DNA of 64,000 nucleotides from a virus (Duplodnaviria; Caudoviricetes): IMG/VR virus record IMGVR_UViG_3300026522_000021; one strand, 5' to 3'. Shown piece by piece: positions 52,206 to 62,443 of this stretch (position 1 is its first letter; each line of letters starts with the position of its first letter). The notes under the pieces were generated by a model. It saw only the letters and a program-made list of their open reading frames with translations, ran no database searches and was not told where the DNA came from. The position numbers and the translations under genes were made by a program.

Positions 52206-52961
52206 TTGTTTAGACGGACTATTTGCAAATCTGGTTATCAAATTGGAGGTAAAACGATTGTCGGCAAAATTCCGAGAACGATAATATACAATAAAGACCT
52301 TGGCGAGAAACGTGTCCTCTTCTATCTTTATATATACTTCGCAGTATCGCGATCCAGAGAACTTATTTTAATCATAAATGAAGCGATAAAGTCAATAGGT
52401 TATCGACCAGATACACACAAGGGAAAGATCAATGACGAGTTTGCGTCATTCATATCTCGGCTTGTGGATGGGGGATACATTAAAGTAATACGAAAGCATA
52501 AAGGGTACACCAAGTATCAGGCGCTTCAGAAGATGGACGAAGCTCCATTCGGGATCATCAGATATGATGAATACCAGAAGATCATAAAAGGCGCGAGCAA
52601 CAAAACCGCTGCTCTCCTGCTTCTGGCTTTCCTTCGTCTGAATTCTTATAAGCGGACAGATAAGAATGATAAACAACCAGAGGTTTACTTCTGCCACCTG
52701 AGTGAACTTCCGAATAAATTAGGATTATCATCTCGCGCAGTATCATCGTCATTGAACGCGCTATCTTCTCTTGGTTTAATCCATAGTGAAGAACAGAGGC
52801 GGTATCAGGATAAATACGGAAACTGGCATTCAGGTGTTTATCTGTTTATCGACAAGGCGAAATATAACAACGAAGAAATAGACCAGTCATATAATTGGCA
52901 GAAAGAATTCGAGCTTGCATCAAAATGGTTGGTGCGTGAACAAGCCAAATATAATGACTAA
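52206..52961 (+). CDS. Winged-HTH protein, possible replication initiator
   Basis: LSELPNKLGLSSRAVSSSLNALSSLGLI; first + strand gene after the DnaA boxes; true start probably near 52258 after GGAGG. Confidence 0.55.
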   Translation: MFRRTICKSGYQIGGKTIVGKIPRTIIYNKDLGEKRVLFYLYIYFAVSRSRELILIINEAIKSIGYRPDTHKGKINDEFASFISRLVDGGYIKVIRKHKGYTKYQALQKMDEAPFGIIRYDEYQKIIKGASNKTAALLLLAFLRLNSYKRTDKNDKQPEVYFCHLSELPNKLGLSSRAVSSSLNALSSLGLIHSEEQRRYQDKYGNWHSGVYLFIDKAKYNNEEIDQSYNWQKEFELASKWLVREQAKYND

Positions 52962-53135
52962 AATTAAAACTATATAAATAATGCAAGATAACACAAATCA
53001 TTTGTTTGCCCTCCTGACGCACGCAGATGCCCCTATTTCGCGTTTAAACATACTAAGTGGATAAACTATAGGGTTCGACTTTAAAGTGTCTTAAAACGCC
53101 TTCTGGCGCGTTATACGGCAAAGTGAAATATTATC

Positions 53136-55919
53136 TTGCAGGAGGTTACTACAATAGAACAAAAGCATTGTCATAAATTTGTATATAAACTGCATTCAAG
53201 AGACATTAAGAAATCAAACTACAAATACAATCTGCCGTTAGACGTTGCGATGCGCGATTATCCTGAATGTATCATTTCTCTTAATGACAGTCAAATCCTA
53301 CGCTTTATAGACGAACTTAATGGAACAACTGACTCAGATGATAAGGCGAAAGAGATCAAACGCAAGATGCGCGAAGTCAGAAAAAAGAAAAGATCTCCTG
53401 AGTCAAAGGCGCTGCTTCGTAATTTATATCAGGCGCTTTATGACATCCAATATCAGAAGGATTACATATGCATAATCATGGATAGCAACCGCGACTACGA
53501 TCTTCTGAACTCAAAAGGGTTCAGTGTCAACGGTGTTGAATATCAAAGACTGCTTGGAACGAATGGCGGTATAAAAAACTCTACAATCGTTTATGTAAGC
53601 AAAAGACTGCATAATGAGCTTCAGAATAGAATTGATAATGGGCGAAACAAAGAACAGTTATTAGTTCCTGCGAAGTTAGAAGCATATCAGGCGCTTGTAT
53701 GCTCTGGTTCAGTTGTATTACCGAAACCAAAAGGAATAATCGTTGTAAATGACTGCATCACACACTTTAAAGACAATGTAATTTTAATTGACGATGCGAA
53801 CGAAGGAAAGCCCACTCTTACCAATATTGAAGGATACGAGATCGAGCATAATGATTCCGATGGTTATGGCTTAATGTCACCGCAGTATTCCTTAGAAGTA
53901 AACAAAGCATTGAATGACATTGATGAAACAATATCTGGATTTACTTGCAGATATGCATGGACTAAGGGCATGGTTTATACATTTGATTATGTGGAGTTTG
54001 CAGAAAAGGTTGCTGGAACTTACATGATTAAGGATGCATGGGGCGATGAACGAGATGTGCGCGAAGCCGATGTGATCCTGACTACATCTATGCTGAAACT
54101 ATGGGATGCGTATTCAAGTTGGGAAGATTTCTATTCAAATTGTGAAAAGAACCATTACGAGTTTTCTGCGACCAAGACAACGCCGATGGAACTTGAACAT
54201 ATTCATAACACGAACTATCAATTCCTTCAAAGCTATGAATTCAGCGATGCAGAGCTTTACGAACTTTGCAAACCAACTATAGATAGCATTAAAGATATAT
54301 TTGGCATGGACTATCGCAAAGCGATCATATTCCTTTGCGGAATGGGTCTAAATGAAAAGAATGTGTTTGCTGGATTTGGAACTGAAAACTTTGATTATGT
54401 ATCTCGTGCGCTGATGATTGAACCACAGATGATAAACGATCCATTTATTCATAAGCGCATCATGACGATGATTAGTAAGAGAATAAATGATGCAAAGAAG
54501 GGCGTTCTTTCAATAGATGCGAACTACGCCATGATATCTGGAGATCCGTATGCGCTATGTCAAAGCATGTTTGATCTTGAAGTTACAGGTCTTTTAAAAG
54601 AAGGTGAACTCTTTCATAGATATTGGATTGATAAAGGGAGCAAAGAATTGTCATGTTTCCGCGCTCCTATGACATGTCATAACAATATAAGAAAGCTAAA
54701 ACTTAACAGCAGTGACGATGTAATGCATTGGTATCAGTACATAACTACAGCAATCATATTAAACGCATGGGATACTACTTGCGATGCTATGAATGGTGCG
54801 GATAAAGATGGCGATACAAATATGGATACGGATAATCCGATAATTCTAAAACATACAAAGAACTCTCCCACTATTATCTGCACGCAGCGCAAAGCAGATA
54901 AAATAATCCCTACAGAAAAATCTATCGTTGAAGCGAATAAACTTGCATTCAACGATGATATAGGAACAGTGACTAATAGGGTTACAACGATGATAGAGGT
55001 TCAGGCGAATCCTGATTTGCCGAAAGAAATGTACGATGAACTTAGTGATCGCATTATGTGCGGACAGCTTTATCAGCAGAACACGATTGATCGTGCAAAA
55101 GGGATTATTGCAAAACCGATGCCTGAGTCTTGGTATAACCGCAGATCGAATGTACCAAAATCGGATGACAGTGAAGCAGAAATTAAAAAGAAGAATTTTG
55201 ATATGAGCATTGTTGCGGATAGGAAACCGTATTTCATGATCTATGTTTATCCGCACTTAAAGAAAGAATACGATGCTTATTACAAAAACGCCGATTTCAA
55301 ATCATTGATTTTGTTTGGTAAAAAAATAGATGAGCTTCTGAACTCTGATTGTGTTTCAAAAGAAGAAATGGAATTTCTTAATTATTATAAATCATTGATG
55401 CCTGTTGGTGATAATCCATGTGTTATTAATAGGATTAGTTGGATTTTCGAAAAGGAGTTTAATGGGTATTTATCTAAAATAAATAAAACGAATTTCTTTG
55501 ATTATAATATTTTAAAGTCAAATACTCCATATTCAATTAAAAGCTACAATCAAATTGTTCAGTTATATAATGATTATAATATGAAGATGGATGCTTTGCA
55601 TAAAAAAATAAGAGTTGAGCGATTTGATGATGCTGGTTTTGAAAGAAAAAAAATAGTAGACGAGTTCATTAAAGATTGTTTTTTGGTTTGCACAAATGAA
55701 GATGAACTATGCAATATTGTTTTGGATATCTGTTATGCAAAAGACGGAACTAAGCAATTTGCATGGGACGTTTGTGGAAGTCAGATAATAAAAAATCTAT
55801 TAAAAAGAAATGGTAATAGCATATGCTTTCCAGAAATATCTGATAATGAATGTTTTGATTTCAAGTATATGGGAATTTGTTTTAAAATGAATACTTCTGT
55901 GGTGGATATAATTGAATAA
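53136..55919 (+). CDS. YonO-like single-subunit DNA-dependent RNA polymerase (RdRP-related)
   Basis: 927 aa; SDGYG, R.AWTKG, FRAP, catalytic MNGADKDGD. Confidence 0.88.
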   Translation: MQEVTTIEQKHCHKFVYKLHSRDIKKSNYKYNLPLDVAMRDYPECIISLNDSQILRFIDELNGTTDSDDKAKEIKRKMREVRKKKRSPESKALLRNLYQALYDIQYQKDYICIIMDSNRDYDLLNSKGFSVNGVEYQRLLGTNGGIKNSTIVYVSKRLHNELQNRIDNGRNKEQLLVPAKLEAYQALVCSGSVVLPKPKGIIVVNDCITHFKDNVILIDDANEGKPTLTNIEGYEIEHNDSDGYGLMSPQYSLEVNKALNDIDETISGFTCRYAWTKGMVYTFDYVEFAEKVAGTYMIKDAWGDERDVREADVILTTSMLKLWDAYSSWEDFYSNCEKNHYEFSATKTTPMELEHIHNTNYQFLQSYEFSDAELYELCKPTIDSIKDIFGMDYRKAIIFLCGMGLNEKNVFAGFGTENFDYVSRALMIEPQMINDPFIHKRIMTMISKRINDAKKGVLSIDANYAMISGDPYALCQSMFDLEVTGLLKEGELFHRYWIDKGSKELSCFRAPMTCHNNIRKLKLNSSDDVMHWYQYITTAIILNAWDTTCDAMNGADKDGDTNMDTDNPIILKHTKNSPTIICTQRKADKIIPTEKSIVEANKLAFNDDIGTVTNRVTTMIEVQANPDLPKEMYDELSDRIMCGQLYQQNTIDRAKGIIAKPMPESWYNRRSNVPKSDDSEAEIKKKNFDMSIVADRKPYFMIYVYPHLKKEYDAYYKNADFKSLILFGKKIDELLNSDCVSKEEMEFLNYYKSLMPVGDNPCVINRISWIFEKEFNGYLSKINKTNFFDYNILKSNTPYSIKSYNQIVQLYNDYNMKMDALHKKIRVERFDDAGFERKKIVDEFIKDCFLVCTNEDELCNIVLDICYAKDGTKQFAWDVCGSQIIKNLLKRNGNSICFPEISDNECFDFKYMGICFKMNTSVVDIIE

Positions 55920-56808
55920 ATATATTGTTTACGAGCATCTATTTCCGAACGGCAAAAAATATTATGGATATACATCAAGAAATTTGCATGATAGATTTTT
56001 AAAAAATGGAATAGGTTATAAAGAACAACCATTAATGTGGAACGCTATTCAAAAGTACGGTTGGGATAATATACAGCATAATCAAATATGTGTCGTTAAT
56101 AGTGAAGAAGAGGCAAAACGTATTGAAACCAAACTGATAAGAAATAATGATACGGCAAATCCGAGTTGTGGGTACAATATAATTGAGTGCGATGGTGATA
56201 GATTCGGAACAAGAAATCTTGTTGTGCATCAAGACGGATTACATTCATTAGAAGAATATAATGCTCTTATTTCATGTGACTGCATTGACAATTTTAGTTA
56301 TTATGACTTCAACTCAACTATTACTTTCGATAATATTGGTGAGGTTTATTCATATCATAGATTTATAACTGGTGATTTTGCTGGAATGATTTATGTTGAT
56401 ATAAATATAGATAAATCAACACATTTAATTACGGAAGATGAATATAAAAAATTGGTAAAACATAGTTCATTTATCAAAAGCATTGCTTATAAATACAATA
56501 TCAATAAATCAAATTTAAGTTATCAAACCATGTTAGAAGAAAATGTTAAAATAATGAATGATCCAGTTTTGTTGTTGTATTCTCTGTATGATGGGTCATA
56601 TAAAGTAATAAATTACAACAGCGCGATAAGAAATGAATTCATGGCATTAATGGAATTATTGAAAACACAAAAAGATATTCATGAAAGTCTAATTAATCTT
56701 TTTAATGTAACAAAGAATTATTTAAGCAAAGATGATTTATTGATGATGAGAAATATAAGAGAGCAATTACGGAGACTTAAAAAAATTAAAAATGATTATT
56801 TTGAATGA
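55912..56808 (+). CDS. GIY-YIG endonuclease-like protein
   Basis: YIVYEHLFPNGKKYYGYT..R..AIQKYGWDN..E..LI..GYN. Confidence 0.8.
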   Translation: MNKYIVYEHLFPNGKKYYGYTSRNLHDRFLKNGIGYKEQPLMWNAIQKYGWDNIQHNQICVVNSEEEAKRIETKLIRNNDTANPSCGYNIIECDGDRFGTRNLVVHQDGLHSLEEYNALISCDCIDNFSYYDFNSTITFDNIGEVYSYHRFITGDFAGMIYVDINIDKSTHLITEDEYKKLVKHSSFIKSIAYKYNINKSNLSYQTMLEENVKIMNDPVLLLYSLYDGSYKVINYNSAIRNEFMALMELLKTQKDIHESLINLFNVTKNYLSKDDLLMMRNIREQLRRLKKIKNDYFE

Positions 56809-57661
56809 AAAAGAGTATGCTGAAAAATGTATTAACAACAGTGATATAGGCGATAATCCATATTTTACAATTAGTATATTGGCAAAATATTATAGCAATG
56901 TTTGTGGATATAAACCAAAAAAAATATTTGAAATACTAACATCTTTTATTAAATCCACATATCCGAGGTATTCTGTAAATACAAGTGAATGGATAAACAC
57001 GATAGATAAACTTTCAAAAACTGCATCAAAACACAAATTATTTATATCCGATGGCGTTTGGATAACAGAGTCAGAATTAAAAGAAATATCTCACCTAAAC
57101 AATAAGATTCTTGAAAAAATATATTTTACAATGTTATGCCTCGCAAAACTCGGCAACCAAAAGTCAAGTAATAATAATAATTGGGTCAATACGAGTATTA
57201 AAGATATTTTTAATATGGCTGGTGTAAATTGTTCAAATAAGTTGAGAGCAAGTAGATTAAAAAAACTTATTGATAAAGGTTATATTAGATTTGCAAATAG
57301 AATAGATAATCTTAATATGCAAGTGTTATTTTTAGACGAGGAATCTACTAAAAAAATATTAATTAATGATTTTCGAGAATTGGGTAATGAATATCTTTTT
57401 TATAATGGTGAAAATTATATAAGGTGTGCTGAATGTGGTAGACTTGTGAAAAATAATAAGAATCGAACAAGAAAATACTGCAATACATGCAGCGCGTATA
57501 CCCCATTAAAAACCAAAGTTATAACATGTGTGGATTGCGGAAAAGCATTTATTGTTAGTTCAATGAATAACAAGACATGTAGATGCAAAACGTGCCAAAC
57601 AGAAAGATTGAAAAAATTAAACAGAGAAAGAAAACAAAAAGAAAGAAATAACGCAAGATAA
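56792..57661 (+). CDS. Zn-finger protein downstream of the YonO-like gene
   Basis: CAECG, CNTC, CVDCG, CKTC. Confidence 0.65.
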   Translation: MIILNEKEYAEKCINNSDIGDNPYFTISILAKYYSNVCGYKPKKIFEILTSFIKSTYPRYSVNTSEWINTIDKLSKTASKHKLFISDGVWITESELKEISHLNNKILEKIYFTMLCLAKLGNQKSSNNNNWVNTSIKDIFNMAGVNCSNKLRASRLKKLIDKGYIRFANRIDNLNMQVLFLDEESTKKILINDFRELGNEYLFYNGENYIRCAECGRLVKNNKNRTRKYCNTCSAYTPLKTKVITCVDCGKAFIVSSMNNKTCRCKTCQTERLKKLNRERKQKERNNAR

Positions 57662-57926
57662 CGCTTGTCCTTCTATCAATTATATTTGATGGTCATTTTC
57701 AAGCTAATAAATGCACTAATTTAGCGTGTTTTGAAGTGTTAAATAAAATTTGTTTAATATCGTTATATGAAGGGGAATAGAGCTTTTGTTTCCCTTTCGA
57801 CTTTCTTTATCTCTCTCTTTTCTTGTGCGCGTATCCGATATAAGACGAAGCTCTGTGTCGGGTGCGCCTTCAGGAAAGTTTTGAATAAATACTTTAATCT
57901 AATGAACGAGTCAGGAGGAAAAGAAA

Positions 57927-58547
57927 ATGATTACCTTAAAGAAATCATTTGAATTACAGAACTATCTATCTCAGCTACTCAATAATGCGCTTGCTGTGCT
58001 TTCGTACAATGACAACATCACGACAACTAAACAGAAACACTTACGAAAGAAATCTTATTCAGAAGCGCAGGACGAAGAGATCATCGTCAAGAAAGCACAG
58101 GAACTTCCTTATACAATCAACGATCTTGTAAAGTTCATTGATGTGATCGTAACAGAAATGGACAAACTAACGACTGCAATCAATGATGCTAAGTTTTATA
58201 ATGGCAAGTATTTTGATGCCATGATCGCCATGAACAACAAGAAACGTAATATCTTAAGACGTTACGAAATGATGGCTTCTTTAAAGCCGACAGAAACGGT
58301 GATTAAAGGATCGGCAGAGAAGTTTAATGAAGCTGGCGAACAGGTGTCCTATCGTTACGATATTGAACAGGTAACTACAATCGACTACGATAGAAATGAA
58401 ATCAAAAAGAAAGTATCTCAGCTTCGCAAGGAGCTTGATGAGGTTTCGGATACTATTGATGCGATGCAGCTTCAATCTATGGTTGACTATGATCCGATCT
58501 TTGAAATTGGCGAAAGCCTTGAAGATGTGATTGAAAAATATAAATGA
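57927..58547 (+). CDS. Coiled-coil hypothetical protein
   Basis: 206 aa with GGAGG RBS; immediately precedes the large structured RNA. Confidence 0.75.
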   Translation: MITLKKSFELQNYLSQLLNNALAVLSYNDNITTTKQKHLRKKSYSEAQDEEIIVKKAQELPYTINDLVKFIDVIVTEMDKLTTAINDAKFYNGKYFDAMIAMNNKKRNILRRYEMMASLKPTETVIKGSAEKFNEAGEQVSYRYDIEQVTTIDYDRNEIKKKVSQLRKELDEVSDTIDAMQLQSMVDYDPIFEIGESLEDVIEKYK

Positions 58548-58553
58548 TTAGAG

Positions 58554-59025
58554 GCATAGCCTCTTTATTGAGAACTGGATATAGGTTAATTCAATCGTTT
58601 CAGACGCAGATGAAATATAAGGCTGCGTAGGCGACAACCTATCTGTCATGTCGATAGATTAATCTATTGAACATTTCAAATAACTACAATTTGCAAATGC
58701 AAATTCTACTTAATAAATTTAGGATATTAAGAAAGAAAATACATAAAGTATGTTTGGTGGTTGAGCATCGTCCGCACGTACATCGTATCCTTCAACTACA
58801 GTGCGTTCATCACCCTATCTTGAGTTCTCTCTTTCGCTATCCATTCATTCAACCAATGATGCAGTCTATTTAATTCTTGGGTGTATGTTATTTATACATA
58901 TATAGAAATTGGAAGAACAACATTAAGGTAATGAAAATCAAATTTTTCATATATTAACATCTACGATGTTTTAACAGCAATTGGTTGAATTAGAATTTAT
59001 TCAGTTTTCAATAAAGAGGCTATGC
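58554..59025 (+). ncRNA. Large (~470 nt) structured ncRNA with an ACAGCAA motif
   Basis: 28-bp terminal stem plus a further 10 bp, with G.U pairs on the + strand; many hairpins; AACATC-TAC-GATGTT-TTA-ACAGCAA at 58956-58980. Confidence 0.7.
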
Positions 59026-59033
59026 ATATACAA

Positions 59034-59116
59034 GGGCAGATATGCAAGTGGCTCAAAGCGAGCGGTCTGTAAAACCGTTGCAAATTGCTTCGAAGGTTCG
59101 AATCCTTCTCTGCCCA
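59034..59116 (+). tRNA. tRNA-Tyr(GTA)
   Basis: GGGCAGA stem, GCGGT-CTGTAAA-ACCGT, GGTTCGAATCC. Confidence 0.92.
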
Positions 59117-59131
59117 TTCAGGAGAGGGAAA

Positions 59132-60118
59132 ATGGGAGATATATCTGTTATTATACCTGTTTACAATGGAGCGAAAACTATTGAACGTGCGCTCGCTTCT
59201 TTAATAAGCAACAAAAAAAATATTGCTGAAATCATTGTTGTTGATGATTATTGTGATGATAACACTGTCGATTTAGTTCGACAATATTATAAAGTTTTTC
59301 AAAACCTTAGAATTGTGCGAAGCAATGGTTTTCACAACCCCGGACTTGCGCGTAAAACAGGAATGATGAACGCATCTGGAAAATGGATTACTTTCCTTGA
59401 TGCAGACGATTGCTTAACGGCAAGTAGTCTTAGATATGTCGGTAATAAACTTTCTGATGATACTCTCCTTCTCTGTTGCAAAACTATTTACTATGAGTCT
59501 GGAGATTTCGATGCAAACACAATTGAATATTCTGATACATCATGTGGTGGAAATTTCTATAACAGGGACTTCATGATTAAAAACAATATCTATCCAGACG
59601 ATGAATTAAAGCTTGTCGAAGATGAATATTTTAACGAAAAGACGATTAAGCTGATAGAGGCATCTGGTGGCGAAATAGAACATTATGATTATCCTGTTTA
59701 TGAAGTTCATCACGATATAGGCGATGGATTCTCTTATGCTCTTAGTAATTGGGTTGATTATCTTTGTAAGTATAGACTTCTATACAAACAAAGGTTGGTT
59801 GACGATTTATATGATGTAGTTGATAATCATGAACTAAAAACGGAATATATTAATAACATTATCTTTTGTTACTTTTTAGCAGAAGGTTTAATGCTTGATA
59901 AAGATGTCTCATTTTCTTTTGATGAAAACAAGAAATATTTCAATCAAGCTATAAAATACTATGAAACCAAATTCAACGATATATATTATTCAATAATCTT
60001 CTATTTTGAAAAACACGAGGAACTTGTTAAAAGCATTTGGCAAAGTGCAATTGAAAGTATCGGATTTGAATTTGATGACTACTTAAATTTCAGGCGATTT
60101 ATTAAAGATTGCATTTGA
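59132..60118 (+). CDS. Glycosyltransferase family 2
   Basis: ISVIIPVYN, EIIVVDD, ARK.G, FLDADD; start moved past tRNA-Tyr. Confidence 0.9.
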   Translation: MGDISVIIPVYNGAKTIERALASLISNKKNIAEIIVVDDYCDDNTVDLVRQYYKVFQNLRIVRSNGFHNPGLARKTGMMNASGKWITFLDADDCLTASSLRYVGNKLSDDTLLLCCKTIYYESGDFDANTIEYSDTSCGGNFYNRDFMIKNNIYPDDELKLVEDEYFNEKTIKLIEASGGEIEHYDYPVYEVHHDIGDGFSYALSNWVDYLCKYRLLYKQRLVDDLYDVVDNHELKTEYINNIIFCYFLAEGLMLDKDVSFSFDENKKYFNQAIKYYETKFNDIYYSIIFYFEKHEELVKSIWQSAIESIGFEFDDYLNFRRFIKDCI

Positions 60119-60123
60119 TATAT

Positions 60124-60211
60124 GTTGGTGTGGCAGAGAGGCTGAATGCGCCAGTCTTGAAAACTGGAAATCGTGATGAGCGGTTCGTGGGTTCAAATCC
60201 TACCGCCAACG
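60124..60211 (+). tRNA. tRNA-Ser(TGA)
   Basis: CCAGT-CTTGAAA-ACTGG, long variable arm. Confidence 0.92.
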
Positions 60212-60247
60212 CTAAGACAGTCAATTTATTTGACTGTCTTTTATTTT

Positions 60248-60320
60248 GCTTGCGTGGCGCAATTGGCAGCGCAATTGATTTGTAATCAATGGGTTGTAGG
60301 TTCAAGTCCTATCGCAAGCT
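60248..60320 (+). tRNA. tRNA-Thr(TGT)
   Basis: ATTGA-TTTGTAA-TCAAT, GGTTCAAGTCC. Confidence 0.92.
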
Positions 60321-60363
60321 CTATTTCCGATTATGGATGATTAAATAAAAGGATGGCAAGCGT

Positions 60364-61806
60364 ATGGCGAAAAAGAAAAAGAAAGGAGATGGAATTTACT
60401 TTACAGGTCAATCTTCTATTGACGTAACAGGATCACAGTATTTAGTCAAGTTTGATGAGTATCAAGTTCTAATTGAATGCGGATTACACCAATCAAGTAG
60501 TAATGACTATCTGGATTCTTATAAAGTGAATTCTGCGAAATTTGCGTTTAGTCCAAGCGAAATAGATTTTGTATTCGTAGCGCATCCACATATAGACCAC
60601 TGCGGTCTGTTGCCGAGACTCGTTAAGGAAGGGTTCAGAGGCGAAATAATAACAACAAGAAATACCGCTTTGATAATGAAAGCGTTGCTTATGAACTGTG
60701 CTTACATCGTAGAAGATGAAGCGCGTGTTCTATCGAAAAGATATCATAGAGAATATAAACCTTTATTTGACGAAGGTGATGTTTTAAAAACAATGGCGCT
60801 GGTTCATGTATATGATGAATATAATATAGTTAAAATTTTAAACGAAAAAATAAGTTTTCAGTGGTTGAAAAATTCACATTGCATCGGCGCTGCACAACTT
60901 CAGTTGATTTTACAAAATGAATTAAAGACAAAGAAAATTCTTTATACGTCAGATATCGGCGCATTACATACAAGAAATCACTACGTTGAGGATACTGAAA
61001 TACCAGATACGTTTTCAGATATAACGATAATGGAAAGCACATATGGACTCGACAAGCGTATGTCAAAGAAAACAAGATCATTCGATCTGGAGCATCTGAA
61101 AGTAGCAATCAATACCGTTATTGAAAGAAAAGGAAGTGTTATACTTCCTTGTTTTAGTTTTAGTCGAACGCAGGAGCTTTTAACAAATTTATATCTTCTC
61201 TTTGGAGATGATGAAAGCTTCAAAACAAAAGTGGTTGTTGATTCAATGCTTAGTTGTGAGATTAGCGATATTTATTCAAATATATTAACAGGCGAATATT
61301 TTGATTTATGGGATAAGGTATCGTCTTGGAATAACGTAATGTTTATTTCAGACAAAACTCAATCACAAGAAAATCTCGCAGACAATACACCAAAAATAAT
61401 CCTTTCCTCTTCTGGATTTTGCACAAACGGAAGGATTGTTAATTATCTGAAGAAATATCTAAAAGATGAAAACAGTATGATTATCTTTTCTGGATATGTA
61501 GGCGATAACCCTTCATATCTTTCATATAGAATTAAAAATTACAGCAATCGCTCTACTATAAGTATCAATAAAGAACAGATACCAAATAAAGCGGATTGTA
61601 TTACTCTTTCAACATTTAGTAGCCATGCTAACCATAACGATCTAATCGAATATGGCAGTTCGCTTAATACAAATAAACTTGTGCTTGTTCATGGGTCTGA
61701 AGAAAGCAAAAGATGTCTTTCAGCAAAACTCAAAGAAGCCATATCTAAAAACGATAAAACATATAAAGTTATTTGTGCGAACAAAGATATGGTAATTCAT
61801 TTATAG
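60364..61806 (+). CDS. MBL-fold beta-CASP ribonuclease
   Basis: VTGS, HPHIDHCG, MESTYG, SRTQE, FSSHA, LVHG. Confidence 0.9.
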   Translation: MAKKKKKGDGIYFTGQSSIDVTGSQYLVKFDEYQVLIECGLHQSSSNDYLDSYKVNSAKFAFSPSEIDFVFVAHPHIDHCGLLPRLVKEGFRGEIITTRNTALIMKALLMNCAYIVEDEARVLSKRYHREYKPLFDEGDVLKTMALVHVYDEYNIVKILNEKISFQWLKNSHCIGAAQLQLILQNELKTKKILYTSDIGALHTRNHYVEDTEIPDTFSDITIMESTYGLDKRMSKKTRSFDLEHLKVAINTVIERKGSVILPCFSFSRTQELLTNLYLLFGDDESFKTKVVVDSMLSCEISDIYSNILTGEYFDLWDKVSSWNNVMFISDKTQSQENLADNTPKIILSSSGFCTNGRIVNYLKKYLKDENSMIIFSGYVGDNPSYLSYRIKNYSNRSTISINKEQIPNKADCITLSTFSSHANHNDLIEYGSSLNTNKLVLVHGSEESKRCLSAKLKEAISKNDKTYKVICANKDMVIHL

Positions 61807-61817
61807 GAGAATAAGAT

Positions 61818-62426
61818 ATGGAGAATCAGATTAAAGAAATTATCAATTATTGTCTTGATGATAAGGACGAAATTATTGATAGAGAAAATCGGCATCTATA
61901 TCTAAACGATACTGTCGATGAAAGCATCATTGATAGTCTTGTATATATGATACTTAGATTTAACCGAGAGGACAAAGGGAAAGAGATTAAAGATAGAAAA
62001 CCAATTATTCTTTATATCAACTCTCCGGGTGGAAACGTGTCAGATGGATATGGACTTATAGACGCGATATTAACATCGAAAACACCTGTATATACAGTTA
62101 ACCAAGCCATGTGTGCAAGTATGGGATTCCTGATTTATATTGCTGGGCAAAAGCGTTATTGTATGCCACATGCAGAATTTCTTATGCACGATGGCAGCAG
62201 CTTCGGATGGGATAGCACAGCGAAACTTAAAGACCGTATAGATTTTGAGACTGGTCAGCTTGAGCAAATGACAAAGCGCTATATAATTTCACACACGAAA
62301 ATTGACGAAGCGACATACGATATCAAATATCGTGTTGAATGGTATTTCCTTCCAAAAGAAGCCAAAGAGATTGGCGTGATTGATTATATTGTTGGCGAAG
62401 ATTGCGATATTGATGAAATTATATAA
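61818..62426 (+). CDS. clpP: ClpP-like protease
   Basis: YINSPGG, CASMG, FLMHDG, EA..G..D. Confidence 0.85.
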   Translation: MENQIKEIINYCLDDKDEIIDRENRHLYLNDTVDESIIDSLVYMILRFNREDKGKEIKDRKPIILYINSPGGNVSDGYGLIDAILTSKTPVYTVNQAMCASMGFLIYIAGQKRYCMPHAEFLMHDGSSFGWDSTAKLKDRIDFETGQLEQMTKRYIISHTKIDEATYDIKYRVEWYFLPKEAKEIGVIDYIVGEDCDIDEII

Positions 62427-62443
62427 AAGATTTGGAGAGATAA

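Noticed and set aside
58554-59025. Assignment to ROOL, GOLLD or another named large RNA
   Set aside because: Cannot be supported without a covariance-model search.
59042-59131. N-terminal extension of the glycosyltransferase
   Set aside because: Overlaps tRNA-Tyr; a better start with RBS lies at 59132.
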